Positions 60,471 through 64,000 of a stretch of 64,000 bases of DNA are shown here, one piece after another. Below the pieces are notes generated by a model. It worked only from the letters and a program-made list of their open reading frames with translations. It did no database searches and was not told the DNA's origin. Positions within the stretch are counted from its first letter, which is position 1, and each line of letters begins with the position of its first letter. Source of the DNA: Candidatus Methanomethylicia archaeon (GTDB lineage Archaea; Thermoproteota; Methanomethylicia; Culexarchaeales; Culexarchaeaceae); the NCBI GenBank assembly GCA_038727515.1, contig JAVYVS010000002.1:224001-288000 (forward strand). Reading direction: 5' to 3'. The translations under genes and the position numbers were made by a program.

Positions 60471-61877
60471 ATGGTTGAAATTGTGGATTTAACTTTAAGG
60501 GATGCTCATCAATCTCTACTTGCCACTAGATTTAGAACTGAAGATATGCTTCCAATACTTGATGTTATGGATGAAATAGGGTTTTATTCTATGGAGGTTT
60601 GGGGTGGTGCAACTTTTGATGCACCATTAAGATACTTAAATGAAGACCCGTGGATTAGACTTAAACTTATTAGAGAGAGAATTAAGAAGACTAAACTTCA
60701 AATGCTTCTAAGAGGTCAAAACCTCGTTGGCTATCGCCATTATCCAGATGACATATGCATAAAGTTTGTGGAAAAAGCTTATGATAATGGTATCGATATA
60801 TTCCGGATTTTTGATGCATTAAATGATTTAAGGAATGTTATGATAACTGCTAAGACAGCTAAGAAAATTGGAGCTGAAGTTCAATTATGCATGGTATATA
60901 CTATAAGCCCAATACATACAGTAGATTATTACATTAATTTAGCTAAGGAAATAGCATCTATGGATGTTGATTCCATATGTATAAAGGATATGTCTGGAAT
61001 ATTGAAGCCATATACTGCATATGAGATTGTTAGAAGGATTAAAAGCGAAATTAATATTCCGGTGAATGTGCACTCACATACTACTGCAGGTTTAGCTCCA
61101 ATAACATTAATTAAATCTGTTGAAGCTGGAGCAGACTACATAGACTGTACGCTATCCTCAATGTCCATGTATACGTCACATTCACCATTAGAATCCATTG
61201 CATTATGTCTAGAAGATACACCGTATAAAGTTAAGATAAATTTAAATCTAGCTTTAAAAGCATCAAAATATTTCTGGGAGAAGAGGAAGAAGTATAGTGA
61301 ATACGATTATGCTTTAAAAAATCCTCCAGTGGATGTAAGTGTATTGGAGCATCAGATTCCTGGAGGTATGCTTAGCAATTTATTAGAACAATTAAGAATG
61401 CAAGGTGCAGAAGATAAATTAGATGAAGTTTTAAAGGAGGTTCCAAAGGTTAGAAGAGATTTGGGATATCCACCACTAGTAACACCATTATCACAAATAG
61501 TTGGAACACAAGCAGTAATAAATGTTCTATCGGGGAAATCATACTCAATAGTAATAAAGGAAGTAAAAGATTATGTTAAAGGATTATATGGTAAACCTCC
61601 AGGTGAAATAGACCCAGAAATTGCAAAAATGGTTTTAGGAGATGAAAAGCCTATAAACGTAAGACCTGCAGAACTATTAGAACCAGCATATCAAAAAATA
61701 GTTTCAGAAATTCCAAAGGAATTTATTGAAAAAGAGGAAGATTACATAACATATGCATTATTCCCAGATATAGCAATAAAATACTTTAAATTAAGAAGAG
61801 AAGCAAAAATCAAAATTCCTAAGACATATGAAATAATAATCGGAAATAAAACATTTAATGTATCACTAGAAAAGTAA
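60471..61877 (+). CDS. Pyruvate/oxaloacetate carboxyltransferase (OadA/PycB/transcarboxylase 5S-like), lacking a biotinyl domain
   Basis: DLTLRDAHQSL, EVWGGATFD, QMLLRGQNLVGY, IKDMSG, HSH, HQIPGGM.SN, GYPPLVTP.SQIVG; no MKM motif at the C-terminus. Confidence 0.93.
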   Translation: MVEIVDLTLRDAHQSLLATRFRTEDMLPILDVMDEIGFYSMEVWGGATFDAPLRYLNEDPWIRLKLIRERIKKTKLQMLLRGQNLVGYRHYPDDICIKFVEKAYDNGIDIFRIFDALNDLRNVMITAKTAKKIGAEVQLCMVYTISPIHTVDYYINLAKEIASMDVDSICIKDMSGILKPYTAYEIVRRIKSEINIPVNVHSHTTAGLAPITLIKSVEAGADYIDCTLSSMSMYTSHSPLESIALCLEDTPYKVKINLNLALKASKYFWEKRKKYSEYDYALKNPPVDVSVLEHQIPGGMLSNLLEQLRMQGAEDKLDEVLKEVPKVRRDLGYPPLVTPLSQIVGTQAVINVLSGKSYSIVIKEVKDYVKGLYGKPPGEIDPEIAKMVLGDEKPINVRPAELLEPAYQKIVSEIPKEFIEKEEDYITYALFPDIAIKYFKLRREAKIKIPKTYEIIIGNKTFNVSLEK

Positions 61878-61888
61878 CATTTATATAC
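61870..61888 (+). promoter_or_regulatory. Putative TATA box upstream of the second membrane module
   Basis: AAAAGTAACA-TTTATATA (TATA at 61880-61887), about 55 nt before ATG 61943. Confidence 0.4.
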
Positions 61889-61942
61889 TTCCCATTATCA
61901 AAGGAATCATGACTTCATATTTTTAATTTTCGGGGGAAAACA

Positions 61943-62752
61943 ATGCTATCCTATCCATTATATCTATCACAAATTCTAAAGTCTGGTAGAGTTAGTGGAC
62001 TCGTTTTCTTATTGATAATAGCAATATCCGCAGCATACTTCATTAGGCGTGGTAAAGCTGGTAAGGTTCCATATATTAGGAGAGTTTCTGGTCTCGATGC
62101 TATTGATGAAGCTATTGGAAGAGCCACTGAGATGGGACGTCCAGTATTTTGTTCGCATGGTATAGCAAGTATAGCTGATGCAACTTATGGTCCACAAACC
62201 ATCGCCGGTCTCTCAGTATTAGGTTATGTAGCTCAATTATGTGCTAAGTATGGTACTAGGCTAATAGTTCCAATTAGACAAGTTGCAGTTTATCCTATTG
62301 CCAGAGAAATCGTTGAAAACGCATATAGAGCTGAAGGTAAATTAGATCAATTTAGAGTTGAAGACCTTGTATACCTCTCAGGTTGGCAGTTTGGTTACTC
62401 TCTTGGTTATATGAGTTTAATGCAGAGGGAGAAGGCTGGTGCAAATATCATGATCGGTGGGTATTGGGCTGAATCATTGCAGTTGGCGGAGGTTGGGTAT
62501 ATGGTTGGTGCTATGCAGGTTAGTGGAACAGCAAACACACACCAAATACCATTCTTCGTAGTAGCAACAGACTACTGCCTAATAGGAGAAGAAATCTTTG
62601 CAGCAGGAGCATACCTAAGCAAAGACCCAGCAATGATAGGAAGCATAGTAGCACAAGACATAGGAAAATTTATCTCTGTAGCTCTCATAGTTATAAGTTT
62701 CATTCTTCTGCTTGGTGGCTCTAAATTTATTGTAGACTTGTTGAGGTGGTAG
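61943..62752 (+). CDS. DUF6754-like membrane-anchored protein (module B, gene 1)
   Basis: IRRVSGLDAIDEAIGRATEMGRP, YGPQ, GTANTHQIPF, DYCLIGEEIFAA.AYLSKDP; paralog of 46118..46918. Confidence 0.78.
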   Translation: MLSYPLYLSQILKSGRVSGLVFLLIIAISAAYFIRRGKAGKVPYIRRVSGLDAIDEAIGRATEMGRPVFCSHGIASIADATYGPQTIAGLSVLGYVAQLCAKYGTRLIVPIRQVAVYPIAREIVENAYRAEGKLDQFRVEDLVYLSGWQFGYSLGYMSLMQREKAGANIMIGGYWAESLQLAEVGYMVGAMQVSGTANTHQIPFFVVATDYCLIGEEIFAAGAYLSKDPAMIGSIVAQDIGKFISVALIVISFILLLGGSKFIVDLLRW

Positions 62753-62756
62753 ATGT

Positions 62757-63410
62757 ATGTCTTGGCTTAAACGTGTTGAAATTCCAATAGCAATAACAAT
62801 TATATGCGCACTAATACAAATAGTACCATACTTTATTAGCATGGGTGTTGATGTAGAGAATTTCCAAAGTAAATTTGTAAGTTGGAGTTTGGTTGTGGGT
62901 ACTGGTGCATTAATGGTTGGTGCAATTTCTCTACTATTAATACATGTTCCAAAAATTACCCATCGACGTCAATACTGGGAGTATAGTCTACTTTTAATGG
63001 TTTTCATGTTTATTATGGCATTACTTGGTTTACCAATTTCAGAAATTGGTTTAGGCTTAACGAATTATTGGTTTACTTTCCTATATAATAATGTTTTAAC
63101 GCCTCTTTCATCTAGCATGTATGCTATAATTGCATTCTATATTACTTCTGCGGCTTATAGAGCTTTTAAAGCTAGATCTTTAGAGGCTGGATTATTATTG
63201 TTGGCTGGAAGTATACTGGTGTTTAGAAATGCTCCATTAGGAACATTCTTAATACCTGCTTCAGCGGATATAGGCGATTGGATATTCAACATACCAAATA
63301 TGGCTGTGAATAGAGCTATAATGATTGGTGGTGGGCTTGGAGCTATGATTCTTGGAATTAGAACCTTAATGGGTTATGAGAGAGGTTACTTAAGAGGTGG
63401 AGGTGAATAA
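62757..63410 (+). CDS. Multi-pass membrane protein (module B, gene 2)
   Basis: FYITSAAYRAFKARSLEA, RNAPLG; paralog of 46912..47586. Confidence 0.85.
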   Translation: MSWLKRVEIPIAITIICALIQIVPYFISMGVDVENFQSKFVSWSLVVGTGALMVGAISLLLIHVPKITHRRQYWEYSLLLMVFMFIMALLGLPISEIGLGLTNYWFTFLYNNVLTPLSSSMYAIIAFYITSAAYRAFKARSLEAGLLLLAGSILVFRNAPLGTFLIPASADIGDWIFNIPNMAVNRAIMIGGGLGAMILGIRTLMGYERGYLRGGGE

Positions 63411-63412
63411 AT

Positions 63413-64000
63413 ATGGGTAGTAACGTAAGCTTGTGGGAAAAGCTTGAAAATATTGATGTTAGGATAATATATTTAATATTGTGGATAGTAATTCTATGGC
63501 CCTTTATATACCCCATAGGTCTACCAGTAAGTATAGGTTCTTATGCTATATCGTATGCTAAGACCATCGATGAATTACCACCAGGTTCTATGGTTGTAGT
63601 ATCCTTTGACTTCAGTCTTGGCGGCCTTGGAGAATTATATCCAATAGTTGTTGCTACCATGCACCACCTATTCACTAAACCCATTAAGATTGCTATTATC
63701 GCCATATGGGTTGACGGTCCCATAGTGGCTAATATGGTGTTAAATGAGTTGAAACCTGAAAATCCTCCATATAATAAGAAGTACGGTGTGGATTGGATTT
63801 TCCTCGGATACGTGCCTGGTGGGGAAACTGCCATGGCTGCTTTAGGCAGAGACTTCTGGAATACACTTCCATTAGATTACATTTACAAGAAACCTGTTAG
63901 TGAATATCCAATAATGCAAAAATTAAGGTCTGCAGCAGATGTAAATTTACTTGTAAGTTTTGAAACTGGTACTCCTGGAGCTGATGAATGGGTTAGGCAA
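63413..64000 (+). CDS. Membrane-anchored protein (module B, gene 3), 3'-truncated by window edge; not in ORF track
   Basis: Manual translation MGSNVSLWEKLENIDVRIIYLILWIVILWPFIYPIGLPVSIG...KYGVDWIFLGYVPGGET...EWVRQ; GGAGGTG SD; paralog of 47589..48455. Confidence 0.88.
   Translation, partial: MGSNVSLWEKLENIDVRIIYLILWIVILWPFIYPIGLPVSIGSYAISYAKTIDELPPGSMVVVSFDFSLGGLGELYPIVVATMHHLFTKPIKIAIIAIWVDGPIVANMVLNELKPENPPYNKKYGVDWIFLGYVPGGETAMAALGRDFWNTLPLDYIYKKPVSEYPIMQKLRSAADVNLLVSFETGTPGADEWVRQ

Noticed and set aside
1-64000. CRISPR arrays, tRNA/rRNA genes, IS elements, integrases
   Set aside because: No regularly spaced repeats, GC-rich structured RNA islands or transposase/integrase motifs seen; nearly all sequence is accounted for by CDS. 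Small RNAs could be missed by eye.

Overview
AT-rich (roughly 30% GC by eye), gene-dense archaeal chromosome segment, most likely from an anaerobic, thermophilic TACK/Thermoproteota lineage (Culexarchaeia/Methanomethylicia-like). The taxonomy is inferred from gene content (archaeal DtdA, pantoate kinase, Clp1, translin, HdrABC, ComB, AOR) and from GGAGGTG/GGTG SD and TTTATA promoter motifs. There are about 60 CDS and no recognisable rRNA, tRNA, CRISPR array or mobile element. Content: peptide/amino-acid catabolism (DmpA, three M20, M28, TldD/PmbA, class III aminotransferase, AOR, acyl-CoA dehydrogenase), arginine/polyamine genes (argG, argH, carbamate kinase, speE), tRNA synthetases and editing factors (TrpRS, AsnRS, AlaX, B3/4, DtdA), ppdK, a small DNA-repair operon, and an EtfBA-HdrA-LarA operon converging on ComB-HdrCB. 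Most notable: (i) a functionally uncharacterised, translationally coupled membrane module (DUF6754-like) present in two diverged copies (46.1-49.1 kb and 61.9 kb to the window end); (ii) a PxpBC fusion / stand-alone biotin carrier / OadA-PycB carboxyltransferase trio with no biotin carboxylase or OadB in the window, a candidate novel transcarboxylase or decarboxylase; (iii) strong strand-specific compositional bias with an abrupt local reversal inside the second DUF6754-like gene; (iv) a SelO-like kinase-fold orphan. All family assignments come from motif recognition, not database searches.
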